Below are positions 39,801-50,298 of a DNA stretch of 64,000 nt, piece by piece. Origin of the DNA: Malacoraja senta. Lineage: Eukaryota. Location: assembly GCA_038087875.1 (NCBI GenBank), contig CM075979.1:5270001-5334000 (forward strand), given 5' to 3'. Under the pieces are notes generated by a model. It saw only the letters and a list, made by a program, of their open reading frames with translations, had not been told where the DNA came from and made no database searches. Within the stretch, counting starts at the first letter, position 1. Each line of letters starts with the position of its first letter. A program made the position numbers and the translations under genes.

Positions 39801-42800
39801 TGTCATCTGCAAATTTGCTAATGTTACTTTGAATCCCTTCAACTAAATCTTTCATGTATATTGTAAATAGCTGCGGTCCCACTAGTCACTGCCTGCCATT
39901 CTGAAAGGGACCCGTTAATCCCAACTCTTTGTTTCCTGTCTGCCAACCAATTTTCTATCCATGTCAGCACTCTACCCCCAATACCATGTGCTCTAATTTT
40001 GCCCACTAATCTCCTATGTGGGACCTTATCAAATGCTTTCTGAAAGCCCACGTACTACATCCACTGGCTCTCCCTTGTCCATTTGTTTCCTGTTGCTTTA
40101 CATACCTAGTTACATCCTCAAAAAGTTCCAGAAAGATTAGTCAAGCATGATCTCCTCTTCGTAAATCCATGCTGACTTGGACCGATCCTGCTACTGCTAT
40201 CCAAATGTGCCGCTATTTCATCTTTTATAATTCACTCCAGCATTTCCCCACCACGATGTCAGGCTAACTGGTCTATAATTCCCTGTTTTCTCTCTGTCGC
40301 CTTTCTTAAAAAAGTGGGATAACACAAGCTACCCTCTAATCCACAGAAACTGATCCTGAATGTATAGAACATTGGAAAATGATTACCAATGCGTCCACGA
40401 TTTCCAGAGCCACCTCCTTAAGTACCCTGGGATGCAGACCATCAGGCCCTGGGGATTTATCAGTTTTCAGTCCCATCAGTCTACCCAACACCATTTCCTG
40501 CCTAATGTGCATTTCTTTCAGTTCCTCCGTCACCCTACATCAGGGAGATTGTTTGTGTCCTCCTTAGTGAAGACGGATCTAAAGTACCTGTTCAACTCGT
40601 CTACCATCTCCTTGTTCCCCATAATAAATTCACTTTTTTCAGTCTTCAATGGTCCAACTTTGGTCTGAACTAATTTTCCTCTTTACATACCTAAAGAAAT
40701 TACTATCCTCCTTTTTATTCTTGGCTAGCTTACCTTCGTACCTCATCTTTTCTCCCCGTATTGCCTTTTTAGTTATCTTCTGTTGCTCTTTAAAAGTTAC
40801 CCAATCCTCTGGCTTCTGCTCATCTTTGCTATGTTATACTTCTTTTTTATTTTTATACTGTCCCTGACTTCCCTTGTCAGCCACGGTTGCCCCTTACTCC
40901 CCCTTGGAATCTTTCTTCTTCTTTGGAATGAACTGATCCTGCACCTTTTGTATTATTCCCAGAAATACCTGCCGTTGTTGTTCCACTGTCATCCTTGCTA
41001 GGGTATCTTTCCAGTCAATTTTGGTCAGCTCCTCCCTCATGGCTCCATAGTCCCCTTTGTTCAACTGTAATACTGACACCTCTGATTTACCCTTCTCCCT
41101 CTCAAATTGTAGATTAAAACTTATCATATTATGGTCACTACCTCCTAATGGCTCCTTTATCTCGAGTTCCCTTATCAAATCCAGTTCATTACACAACACT
41201 AAATCCGGAATTGCCTTCTCCCTGGTAGGCTCCAGTACAAGCTGCTCTAAGAATCCATCACGGAGGAAGAAACTCCCTTTCTTCAAGTCAAGTCAAGTCA
41301 CTTTTATTTCTATAACACATTTAAAAAACAACTCTCGTTGACCGGTGCTTTACATTGATTGATTGATTATTGATTATACCTTTAATAATCCTTTGCAGGA
41401 AATTACAATGCCACGACAGCTTCAAGACAGACATAACACCACAAATAGCTTCCATACTTAACAAGTTAAAATACAAGTTAAAATACAAGTTAAATACAAT
41501 TAATTTTAAAAAGTGGTTATTTATGCGCATTATATAACCTTATCGCAGCTGGTAAACAGGACTTCCTATGTCTCTCGTTTTGCACATTGGCGCAATCAGT
41601 CTCTGACTGAAGCTGCTGCATCTTGATCACCTTCAGGGCATGGAGTGGGTGAGTGGGGTTGGTCATTATAGAACCCAGTTTTTTCAGAGTTCTGGCCTCT
41701 GCCACCTGCTGGACCGTTCGTTGCTCAGCCCCATTGGTGGAGGTACTAACGTTATACAACAGTGGTTCATAGATTAAGTACATACATAAATACATACATG
41801 TAGCCCTCCCTCAGAGGATGTCAAGAAAGGCTTGAGAGTAAAGATGAGTTTTAAATCTCGACTTAAAAGAGTCGATGAAGGGGGCAGTTCTGATGGGAAG
41901 AGCGCAGCACATCATCGGTGCCCCGCTCCCTGCCATGGATGCCCTCCACCGAAAACGGTGTCTGAAACGGGCTGGGAAGATCATTAAAGACCCCTCCACC
42001 CCAACCATGGACTGTTTGCCCTCCTCCCGTCAGGAGGCAGTACAGGAGCCTCAGGTCTCGTACCAGTAGGATGAGGAACAGCTTCTACAATTATACCGTC
42101 GCATTGCTGAACTCGGAGTCCCGCCGATAGATTCCTCCGGTCCTCCGTCCCCATTGTTAATTATTCTGTATTTTTTATTATTCTGTATCCTCTTTTTTTA
42201 AATTTCTATATTGCACTACTACTACGGACTGACGCACAACTGCATTTCGTTGTACCCATACTCAGTATTTGTGCAATGACATTAAAGTTGAATTGAATTG
42301 AATTGAAAAAAAAAAAAATGCTGTTCCAGTCTAGGAGCTGCAACCGCAAAAGCGCGGTCGCCCCTGAGGTTATGCCTAGACCGCGGGATGGTCAGTAACC
42401 CCAAGTCGGCCGGTCTGAGGGACCTGGAGGGTGGTGTGGTGGGTAAGCAGACTTTTGATGTAGGTGGGGGGCAAGCCCGTTGAGGGCTTTGTAAACATAA
42501 AGAAGGATCTTGAAATTTATTTGGAACCGCACAGGGAGCCAGTGGAGAGAGGCCAGAATCGGGGTGGATGTGGTCCCTTTTCCAGGTGCCCGTTAGCGTT
42601 TTGGACCAGTTGCAGGCGGGACACGGAAGATTGGCTGATGCCTGTGTAAAGGGGTGTTGCAGTAATCGAGAAGGGAGGAGATAAATGTGTGGATGATCTT
42701 TTCGAGGTCGTCAAACTGGAGGAATTGTTTTATTTTAGCTATCGTCCGATGCTGGAAGAAGCTAGCTTTTACCACGGCATTTGTCAAATTTCAACACCGA

Positions 42801-45800
42801 GTCAAATATCACGCCAAGGTTTTTGATGTGAGGTTTGAGTAATGGGGTAAGGCTTCCAACGCTGCCTGCTATCGTTTTGATTGAGTCCGAGGGGCCGAGA
42901 AGGATGACCTCAGACTTACTCTCGTTTAGTTGGAGGATGTTCTGAGCCATCCAACACTTTATATCCTCGAGGCAGTGGATAAGGTTAAGTAGATTTGATC
43001 GGTTGTTAGGCTTCAGGGGGAGATAGAGTTGCGTATCGTCTGCACAGCAATGGAAGGAAATGCCGTTGCCTTTGAATGACTTGGCCTAAGGGGACGCTGG
43101 CCTTGGGGTCCAGCACCAACCTGATTTTCCCAGTCTACCTGCATGTTGAAATCTCCCATAACAACCATAGCATTACCTTTATGACATGCCAATTTTAACT
43201 CTTGATTCAACTTGCACCCTTATATCCAGGCTACAGTCATACCAAAAAAGCAGCAAGACACACAACCACATAAAAATCAATATAAACATCCACCACAGTG
43301 CACTGAGATGGAAGGCAATAACGTATTATCTTCTTCACAGTAGATAATACATATATCAATACTAATCAAATCAATCAAGTTAAAATGTTTAAATCTAAAG
43401 CTAATTCAAATGTTGAAAATATGGAGCAGATCAATAAGCATCTGGCAAAATACAAGTAAAAATTCCAGTTTGAAGACTTTGTCAAAACAAGGGAATAAGA
43501 AAAATAATTTGTTTTAAATTGCAGAGAGAAAGTAGGATGGAGAGGACAAAGGGATTATCTCTTATGGCTAGAGTTGCCATGGGGCTAAGTTAAAGGTGGT
43601 TACCTAGTTAACAGGTTAATCAGGCTGGTAAAAGAGAAAACAACCGTGTACAAAGTATTAAAAATCGTGACACGAAAAGCTATAGGAAAAATCCAACATG
43701 TCACTCAATGCTCGTTGAAGGAGAGAAACTCCGCAACATTAGAAGGATGACTCACAGCGAAATGGACCAGTTCAGATACAGGCACAAAAAAAGCATTGAT
43801 TAATTTGATATTGAATCGGGAAGGTGAAACGAGTCAAGAGTGAAGATGAGGTCCTCCTGCTCAAACTTACAATGAGACTCTTATGAAAGTGTAGAAGGCC
43901 ACTGACAGGTCAGAGTAGGAGATTGATCATTAAAGTTACAAGCAACAGGAAACTAAGGGTCATACCTGCAGACTGAAGTTTGTACTGCTTCTTTCCTGAG
44001 TAAAGGCTCAACAGCTCTCCATCAACACACTTATTTATCTGTTTACAGTTGTTCTCATATTGAACAATTCCTTCTACACATGTTATCCATATCAACTATG
44101 GACCCAAGCTATGGCTGTCTTTTTGTGGATGAGGTTAGATCTTATTAGATGCAGGGCGAGTTGGTCAACTCAATACAAAATCTGCTCGATGGAAGGAGTC
44201 AGAGGGTGGTAGTGGAAGATTCTTTTTCATATTGGGGGCATCGTGTGCCACGGGTCCTGTACTTGGTCCATTTATTCGTCATCTATATTAACGATTTGGT
44301 GAGAATGTTGCTGGCATGGTTAGGGTTATCTAAGATTATAGAAGGATCCAGATTAATGGGCAAGTGGTCCAAGGAATGGCTGATGGAATTTAATTGAATA
44401 CGTGTGAAGTGTTGCATTTATGGCAAGTTAAACCAGGACAGCACTTACACAGAAAATAGCAAGTTCCTGGAGTTGTCAAATAAAAAGACCCAAGGGGTAC
44501 TAGTACATAGTTTATTGAAAGCAGCCACACGGGTAGACTGGAGGTGGTGCTTAGCACGCTTGGCTTTATTGGTCAGGAGATTGGTCAGGAGTACAAGAGT
44601 TGGGATGCCCAAACCACTATCAATTAATCCACATTTAGAGTATTGTATGCAGTTTTTAATTGCTTAGCCATATGAAGGATGAGCTGGAATGCGTGCAGAA
44701 AAGATTCATCAGGGTGTAAATCAGGACTGGAGGTTTTGAGTTAGAAACATAAACTGAAAAGAGTCACAGAGCTAAACAGCAAAGAGACAGGCCCTTGTCA
44801 ATTCTTCCCTTCCCTCCCATACCACCCCCTCCCTCCCCTGGTAACTTTCCCCTTGCAACCGCAAGAGATGCAACACTTGTCCCTTCACCTCCCCCCTCCA
44901 CTCCATTCAAGGACCCAAGCAGTCGTTGTCCAGGTGCGACAGAGGTTCACCTGCATCTCCTCCAACCTCATCTATTGCATTCGCTGCTCTAGATGCCAGC
45001 TGATCTACATCGGTGAGACCAAGCGGAGGCTTGGCGATCGTTTCGCCAAACACCTCCGGTCGGTCCGCAATAACCAACCTGAACTCCTGGTGGCTCAGCA
45101 CTTCAACTCCCCCTCCCATTCCGTATCTGACCTCTCTGTCCTGGGTCTCCTCCATGGCCACAGCGAGCAACACCGTAAATTGGAGGAAATGCACCTCATA
45201 TTCCGCTTGGGNNNNNNNNNNNNNNNNNNNNNNNNNNNNNNNNNNNNNNNNNNNNNNNNNNNNNNNNNNNNNNNNNNNNNNNNNNNNNNNNNNNNNNNNN
45301 NNNNNNNNNNNNNNNNNNNNNNNNNNNNNNNNNNNNNNNNNNNNNNNNNNNNNNNNNNNNNNNNNNNNNNNNNNNNNNNNNNNNNNNNNNNNNNNNNNNN
45401 NNNNNNNNNNNGATAAATGTGAGGTTAACCACTTTCGTGCCAAGAACAGGAAGGCAGATTATTATCTGAATGTTGCCAGATTAGGAAAAGGGGAGGTGCA
45501 ACAAGACTTGCACATCAGTCACTGAATGAAAGCATGCACGTACAGCAGGGAGCTAATGGCATGTTGGCCTTCATTGCGCGAGGATTTGAGTTTAGGCGCA
45601 AGGAGATCCTACTGCAGTTGTACACGGCCCTGGTGAGACCGCACCTGAAGTATTGTGTGTAATTCTGGTCTCCTAATTTGAGGAAGGACATTATTGCTAT
45701 TGAGGGAGTGCAGGTAGGTTCACCAGGTTAATTCCCGGGATGGCGGGAACTGACATATGATGAAAGAATGGGTCGATTGGGCTTGTATTCACTGGAATTT

Positions 45801-48467
45801 AGAAGGATGAGAGATCTTATGGAAACATAAAATTCTTAAATGATTGGACAAATCCTGGAAAAATGTTCCCAATGTTGGGGGAGTCCAGAACCAGGGGTCA
45901 CAGTTTAAGAATAAGAGGTAGGCCAGTTAGGACTGAGATGAGGAAAAAAAATTTCACCCTGAGAGTTGTGAATCTGTGGGATTCTCTGCCACAGAAGGCA
46001 GTGGAGGCCAATTCACTGGAGGGTTTCAAGAGAGAGTTAGATATCTTAAAGATGGCAGAGTCAGGGGATTTAGCTCTTAGGGCTAAACGAATCAAGGGAT
46101 ATGGGGAAAAAGCAGGAACAGGGTAATGATTTTAGATGATCAGCCATGATCATATTGAATCATATTGCTGGCTCGAAAGGCTGAGTGGCCTACTCCTGCA
46201 CCTATTTTTCTATGTTTCTTGTTCTTGCCACCAAAGTGGATAACCTCACATTTATCTGCATTATACTGCATCTGCCCACTCACCCAACCTATCCAAGTCA
46301 CCCTGCAGCCTCAAAGCATCCTTCTCGCAGCTCACACTGCCACCCAGCTTTGTGTCAAGTAATTTTAACAAGATTCCACCAGCAGTCATGTCTTCCCTTC
46401 TGTTTCACTTGGCATTCGTGAGTTCCTTATTAGCTCCTCCACCTACAGTAACATTCCCCCGTTTTCAGTTCTTAAAAACATTTGTACTTTTATCTCTCCC
46501 CTTCCACCGTCCAAGGAATTAAGCAGTAATCCCATCTACTATAGTGACTCATTTGCTCTTTCTCTATTCTAGTGTACTGCACTTTCTGCTCACAGTGTCG
46601 TCTCTTCTACACTGAATGAACACACAAAGATTGGGTGAACACTATGATGAGCATTTGGATTAAATCCACAGGTAAGCTTTCTGTTCTCTGCAATGTTCAT
46701 TCTCCATTCCACTGTCCCTCTCATGGCATAATGTGGTGGACCTTTCCCACAGTTCTGCATTTCATACATTTACATTCCTTTGTTTGTTATCTCTCAGTAA
46801 TTTTCCTCCTTAACCTATCAACCACTTAACTTAATCAATAGCCTGTCACCGGTGTAACCATGAATTCACTCAATCCATTCATCCCTACCCCTCTCTTCAA
46901 TATAAAACTAACTTATTTCCAAATTCTGATTAAGAGTTATTGATCTGAAACATTAAACTGTTTCTCTTTCTGCAGATCGTGCCTAGTCAGTTGAGTGTTC
47001 CCAACATTTCCAGTTTCATTTTGATTTTCACACCTGTTCTGATTTATTCAAATTCAAAATCTGTCAACTCATACTTGGCACACATGTAAAAGGAAATACA
47101 TTTCATTTAAATTAGGTAAACGATTTATTGGTATGTATAACTGGTTGAGAATTTTGGAAAATGGAACTGTAGTGCAGGAAGTACACATGTTGCTAACGAA
47201 ACTGTCACGCCTTCCTTTACTAGGCTCCTTTTACCCTTCCCCCACCCAGCCCGCCCTCTTAGAGATACAGCATGGAAACAGGCCCTACGTCCCACTCGCA
47301 CTGATTCCCTGCCATCTCACTTTCTCATCTATGCCCAACACATTAGGGACCTTTTTTTTTTTAATGGCCAATTAAGCTAAAAACCCACACGTCTTTGGGA
47401 TATGGGAGAAAACCAAAGCACACGGAAGGCAATGCATTCACAGGGAGAACGTGCAAACTCCACACAGACAGCGCCCGAGGTCAGGATCAAACCCAGGTGT
47501 GAGGCAGCAACTCTACCAGTTTGTGCCTTTGTACTACTTCCATCTTACCCGCTCCTTGGGTCTTTCCTTCCTTTCTACCTCCCAAGGCCTCTTGTTCAAC
47601 CACCACGACCTCTCCCCCCCCCCATCCAGTGTATGCCCCAGGCCCCTTACTCACCACCCCATTGCACACCCCAAGCTTCTTCCTTTCCCCCTCCTCTGCC
47701 CAGACCCCTAACTAATCCCCCTCATCGCAAACCTCTCTCATTCTTTACCTTTCCCCAGGTCCCTTCCCCTCACCGGCACTCCAGATAGCTTCCTTTACCG
47801 CACCCACCCTCAGCTCATCCTGCACGCCATCACTATCCTCGCTGCACCACAGATGCCTCATCAACCAGAGGGGTTCTGCTGGCTGATACACACTCTCCCA
47901 CCCTTTCCGTCGCCACTCTATCCCAACCCCCTTCCTCCCCACTCTAACCCCCCCCCCCCCTCCACACTCTTCCCCTCCCTCCATGTCCACACTCTCTCCA
48001 TCCTCTCACATTCCTGGTCCAGTCCCCTGTCCCTGCAGTGGGGAGGGGGGGCAGTATTTATATCATGCACATTCCTCACCTCCCTGTACACTGTCCCCCC
48101 CCCCCTTTCTTACCTCACTCCTGGTCTGTGCCTGGGGGAGAAGGAGGGGGGGGGGGAGTACCATCTTCACCCCGCGCCCCCCCCGGTCCACACTCCATCC
48201 CCTCCCCCTCCCCCGGTCCACACTCCATCCCCTCCCCCCCCCCCCCCGGGTCCACACTCCATCCCCCCCTCGAGTCCACACTCCATCCCCTCCACCCCCC
48301 GGGTCCACATTCCATCCCCTCCCCCCCGGGTACACACACCACTCCCCCCCCCTCTGGTCCACCCCATGTGCCTGGGGGGTGGGGGGGAAAGAAGGCCAGT
48401 ATGTCCCCTCCCATCCCCCCCACTCCCCGGTATGTACCTCACGGCCGCCCTCGGGCCACTCCTCCAT
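12732..48467 (-). CDS. ZDHHC13: Palmitoyltransferase ZDHHC13 (HIP14L), complete 17-exon gene span; 1878 nt CDS, 625 aa
   Basis: 17 exons joined by hand with consistent phases and canonical splice sites (15 GT-AG introns, one AT-AC). They give ankyrin repeats ([26 protein letters not shown]), TM helices, the DHHC-CRD ([31 protein letters not shown]), TTNE and C-terminal [22 protein letters not shown]. The short exon 1 followed by C..SHG, plus GPEPT and SDSWLLKG, fits ZDHHC13 better than paralog ZDHHC17. Confidence 0.92.
13365..13637 (-). mobile_element. HE1-like SINE
   Basis: Reverse complement of SINE consensus. Confidence 0.8.
15072..15163 (-). CDS. ZDHHC13: ZDHHC13 exon 16 ([31 protein letters not shown])
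   Basis: 92 nt, AG/GT, TTxE motif and NPF. Confidence 0.95.
16492..16649 (-). CDS. ZDHHC13: ZDHHC13 exon 15 ([27 protein letters not shown]...LLNQLYQ)
   Basis: 158 nt, AG/GT. Confidence 0.95.
19295..19378 (-). CDS. ZDHHC13: ZDHHC13 exon 14 ([27 protein letters not shown])
   Basis: 84 nt, AG/GT, NxRYF motif and TM. Confidence 0.93.
19450..20190 (+). mobile_element. CR1 LINE 3' portion (young copy, long open ORF2 end)
   Basis: 205-aa ORF with [34 protein letters not shown]. Confidence 0.92.
21380..21473 (-). CDS. ZDHHC13: ZDHHC13 exon 13 ([32 protein letters not shown])
   Basis: 94 nt, AG/GT, DHHC catalytic motif at 21402-21413. Confidence 0.97.
22265..22510. mobile_element. Penelope-associated inverted pseudo-LTR element with 16-bp target-site duplication
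   Basis: ACTACCATAATAGATA at 22249-22264 and 22511-22526; inverted arms; tandem hammerhead-like cores. Confidence 0.85.
23008..23070 (-). CDS. ZDHHC13: ZDHHC13 exon 12 ([21 protein letters not shown])
   Basis: 63 nt, AG/GT, FCxxC start of CRD. Confidence 0.95.
23530..24225 (+). mobile_element. Old degenerate CR1 fragments
   Basis: KFTDD-like RT motif remnant and CR1 3' motifs. Confidence 0.65.
24945..25069 (-). CDS. ZDHHC13: ZDHHC13 exon 11 ([11 protein letters not shown]...[20 protein letters not shown])
   Basis: 125 nt, AC acceptor, GT donor. Confidence 0.93.
25070..26817 (-). other. ZDHHC13: U12-type (minor spliceosome) AT-AC intron 10 of ZDHHC13
   Basis: 5' end ATATCCTTT; 3' end TTCCTTAAC branch site followed by CAAGCTTAC; frame joins as G|AT = Asp. 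Confidence 0.93.
26743..26810. repeat. Short tandem repeat CACACCTGGATTAACAA, ~4 copies
   Basis: Seen directly, abutting the U12 donor. Confidence 0.85.
26818..26918 (-). CDS. ZDHHC13: ZDHHC13 exon 10 ([33 protein letters not shown])
   Basis: 101 nt, AG acceptor, ATATCCTTT U12 donor. Confidence 0.92.
27272..27595 (+). mobile_element. Penelope-like element 3' end (GIY-YIG C-terminus plus terminal repeat)
   Basis: [28 protein letters not shown] followed by pyrimidine tract and pseudo-LTR arm. Confidence 0.85.
28330..28622 (+). mobile_element. HE1-like SINE (diverged)
   Basis: SINE head and ctaaactaaa tail. Confidence 0.75.
30019..30312 (+). mobile_element. HE1-like SINE
   Basis: Family consensus. 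Confidence 0.85.
30427..30560 (-). CDS. ZDHHC13: ZDHHC13 exon 9 ([30 protein letters not shown]...)
   Basis: 134 nt, AG/GT, TM segments, SDSWLLKG motif. Confidence 0.93.
31453..31584 (-). CDS. ZDHHC13: ZDHHC13 exon 8 ([17 protein letters not shown]...FEKYK)
   Basis: 132 nt, AG/GT. Confidence 0.93.
33006..33168 (-). CDS. ZDHHC13: ZDHHC13 exon 7 ([13 protein letters not shown]...[11 protein letters not shown]...KNAM)
   Basis: 163 nt, AG/GT, ankyrin repeat. Confidence 0.95.
33258..33322 (-). CDS. ZDHHC13: ZDHHC13 exon 6 ([22 protein letters not shown])
   Basis: 65 nt, AG/GT. Confidence 0.95.
33901..34032 (-). mobile_element. Solo Penelope-associated repeat arm with 8-bp flanking duplication AGCTATGT
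   Basis: AGCTATGT at 33893-33900 and 34033-34040; perfect hammerhead-like core at 34001-34028 (minus). Confidence 0.8.
34294..34438 (-). CDS. ZDHHC13: ZDHHC13 exon 5 ([48 protein letters not shown])
   Basis: 145 nt, AG/GT, ankyrin repeats. Confidence 0.96.
35079..35370 (+). mobile_element. HE1-like SINE
   Basis: Family consensus. Confidence 0.85.
36385..36462 (-). CDS. ZDHHC13: ZDHHC13 exon 4 ([26 protein letters not shown])
   Basis: 78 nt, AG/GT, ankyrin repeat. Confidence 0.96.
36511..36965. mobile_element. PIF/Harbinger-type MITE in ZDHHC13 intron 3
   Basis: TIRs AGGGCCTG(T/C)CC...GGGACAGGCCCT with long subterminal inverted arms; TAA duplication at 36508-36510 and 36966-36968. Confidence 0.85.
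37023..37145 (-). CDS. ZDHHC13: ZDHHC13 exon 3 ([40 protein letters not shown])
   Basis: 123 nt, AG/GT, ankyrin repeat. Confidence 0.96.
37230..37401. mobile_element. One-ended remnant of a related Harbinger-type MITE
   Basis: Ends GTGGGACAGGCCC; internal GGCGAC/GTCGCC inverted motifs. Confidence 0.6.
38045..38196 (-). CDS. ZDHHC13: ZDHHC13 exon 2 ([11 protein letters not shown]...[13 protein letters not shown])
   Basis: ttttacag acceptor, gtaagt donor, 152 nt; DIVxATQ motif. Confidence 0.92.
41282..43098 (-). mobile_element. L2-clade LINE 3' part (itself interrupted)
   Basis: [39 protein letters not shown] motifs; (tcaag)n tail at 41283-41300. Confidence 0.8.
41900..42317 (+). mobile_element. 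Rex1/Babar-like LINE 3' fragment
   Basis: [10 protein letters not shown]...KIIKDPS.P motifs, R.RNSF, (TTGAA)n + polyA tail. Confidence 0.7.
44100..44745 (+). mobile_element. Old CR1 RT fragment
   Basis: [29 protein letters not shown] remnants. Confidence 0.75.
44800..45211 (+). mobile_element. Penelope-like element GIY-YIG endonuclease region
   Basis: [36 protein letters not shown]...VAQHFN...H...E..LIFRL. Confidence 0.9.
45212..45411. other. Assembly gap (200 N)
   Basis: Run of N. Confidence 1.
45412..46220 (+). mobile_element. CR1 LINE 3' portion
   Basis: Same family as 19450-20190. Confidence 0.88.
48178..48362. repeat. Minisatellite, ~24-26 bp unit CCCCGGTCCACACTCCATCCCCT, ~6-7 degenerate copies
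   Basis: Repeated GTCCACACTCCATCCC core seen directly. Confidence 0.85.
48438..48467 (-). CDS. ZDHHC13: ZDHHC13 coding exon 1 ([10 protein letters not shown])
   Basis: ATG in AGGATGG context inside a CpG island; 30 nt then GAG|GTACAT donor, phase 0 matching exon 2. Confidence 0.75.
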
Positions 48468-49443
48468 CCTCCCGCTCTCCTCGCCGCTCCCCCACTTTCC
48501 TTCCTTCCCGCCCGCCCGCCCGTCGCCGTCCACCACCACCACCACCACGCCGCGCGCGCGCGCTCCCGCCCGTCGCCGTCATCCACCACGCCGCGCGCGC
48601 TCCCGCCCGTCGCCGTCCACCACGCCGCGCGCGCGCCCGTCGCCGTCCTCCACCACGTTGCGCCGCTCCGCCCGGGCGACCGGCCAGCGCGCGCGCGCTC
48701 CCCCGCTCCACGCGTCATCGCGCACGTCGCCAGGGCAACGGGCCGGCGCGCGCTCCCCGCGTTCACCACGTTGCGCCGCTCCGCCCGGGCAACCACGCGT
48801 CATCGCGCAGCCTCGCGCTCGTCGCCAGGGCAACGGGCCGTCGCGCGCGCTCCCCTACCCCGCCCCCCCCCCCGGGGGGCCGGGCTTCACCTGACGGTTG
48901 GAGCGGCCGCCGCCCCGGACCCTGCATGTGCCATTCCCAGGGTCAGGACAGGTGAGCTCCTGAGGCGACAGGTAATGCAGCCCCCCCCCCCTCTCCCCTC
49001 CTCCTCCACCAAACATCTATATAAAGATAAATGCATTGTATCCAAACACTTATCCTTGTCTGAAGAAGGATGTCTCGACCCGAAACGTCACCTATTCCTT
49101 CTCTCCAGAGAAGCTGCCAGTCCCGCTGAGTTACTTCACCTTTTTGTGTGTTTATCTTCGGTTTAAACCAGTATTTGCAGTTCCTTCTTATATTTATCCT
49201 TGGAGGGCGAGTTTCAAGTCTGAGGAGAAGAATCATCAGCCAAACAGCGGACATCCCACTCAAGAAGGTGAAGTTTGCACTGAAGGGGCCTTCACCTGGT
49301 CAAATTGAATTGGACAGAGTCCCATAAATATTGTGTCCCTGAGAGATGCATCAGCCATGATTGAATGGTGGAGCAGACTTGATGGGCCGAATGGCCTAAT
49401 TCTGCTCCTTGAACTTCTGAAGAAGGTCCATGATTCTGCGAAT

Positions 49444-50298
49444 AGGGAGGTTTCACGGCAGTCGGGTCACGACCCCCATGACCCGTACTGTTGCTACGCT
49501 ACGCCAAATGGATTACACGCGATGAACTGCAGGTACTTACCATTGTTTCCAGCGTTAAAACCCGCCGAAATTGTCCATTTTTGCGCTGTAAATAATTATG
49601 GAAATCGGGATAAGCGTGAGAGACATTTACCTACATCAGAATTCAAAAGTGAGGAGAAATGACGGTAGATAGAAGCGAGAGCTGAAGGGACAACAACCAA
49701 AGTGCTTGGCGAACATTGGCCGTTTGCTCACTGCATTTCATCAACTAAGGCATTATTTGTGTTTTTTCTTGATTCCTTTGGCATTAAAAAGTTTCAGAAG
49801 GGATAAATCTGGTAAAAAAGTGGGTTTTTACATACAAAAATAAAACGCCTCTGAAGCAAAATTTACAACCAGATTTATCACTTCTGAGACTTTTTAGATA
49901 CCAAAGGAATCAAGAAAAAAACCAAACAATGCCTTACCGTTAATGAAATGCAGTGAGCAAACGCGATAAATTCCAATATTTTCAATTCCGATATCTGCAC
50001 AGCCAATGTTCGCCAAGCACTTTAGCTGTTGTTGTCCCTTCAGCTCTCGCTTCTCTTTACCTTCATTTCGCTTCACTTTTGGGATTCTGAAGTTGGGTAC
50101 ATGTCTCTCACACTTACCCCGACTTTCACAATTTTTTACAGCGAAAAAAATCAACATTTTGGCGGGTTTTAACAGGTAGGAAAGTACGCGTTTCTAGCAT
50201 TAATAACATATACCGGAAGTTACGTATGTCCTCCAGATGGATTAAGCGGCTCCGTGCGTCAAGCCCTATGACCCAGTGACCTTACGTGCAACCCCCCT
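49444..50298. mobile_element. Palindromic non-autonomous DNA transposon with two inverted THAP-domain remnants (ISL2EU/Harbinger-like)
   Basis: AT|AGGGAGGTTTCACG ... CGTGCAACCCCCCT|AT termini; arms encode F.AV.NC...FRIPK...RVCSLHF remnants on opposite strands. Confidence 0.7.

Larger units (their letters stand above)
38910..43232 (-). mobile_element. CR1 LINE (EN-RT-3' tail, degenerate) interrupted by L2 and Rex1-like insertions
   Basis: GDFN..VDW (43100-43232), [41 protein letters not shown] and 3' tail (38910-41270). Confidence 0.88.
48100..48990. promoter_or_regulatory. CpG island / promoter of ZDHHC13 with two RFX X-box-like sites (48726-48739, 48821-48834)
   Basis: Very GC/CpG-rich block spanning exon 1; GTCGCCAGGGCAAC twice; GC boxes. 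Confidence 0.8.

Noticed and set aside
47853-49166. Long overlapping ORFs (437, 305, 303, 209 aa) over the CpG island
   Set aside because: Pro/Arg/Gly low-complexity products of GC-rich tandem repeats lacking stops; only the 30-nt exon 1 fits the gene model.
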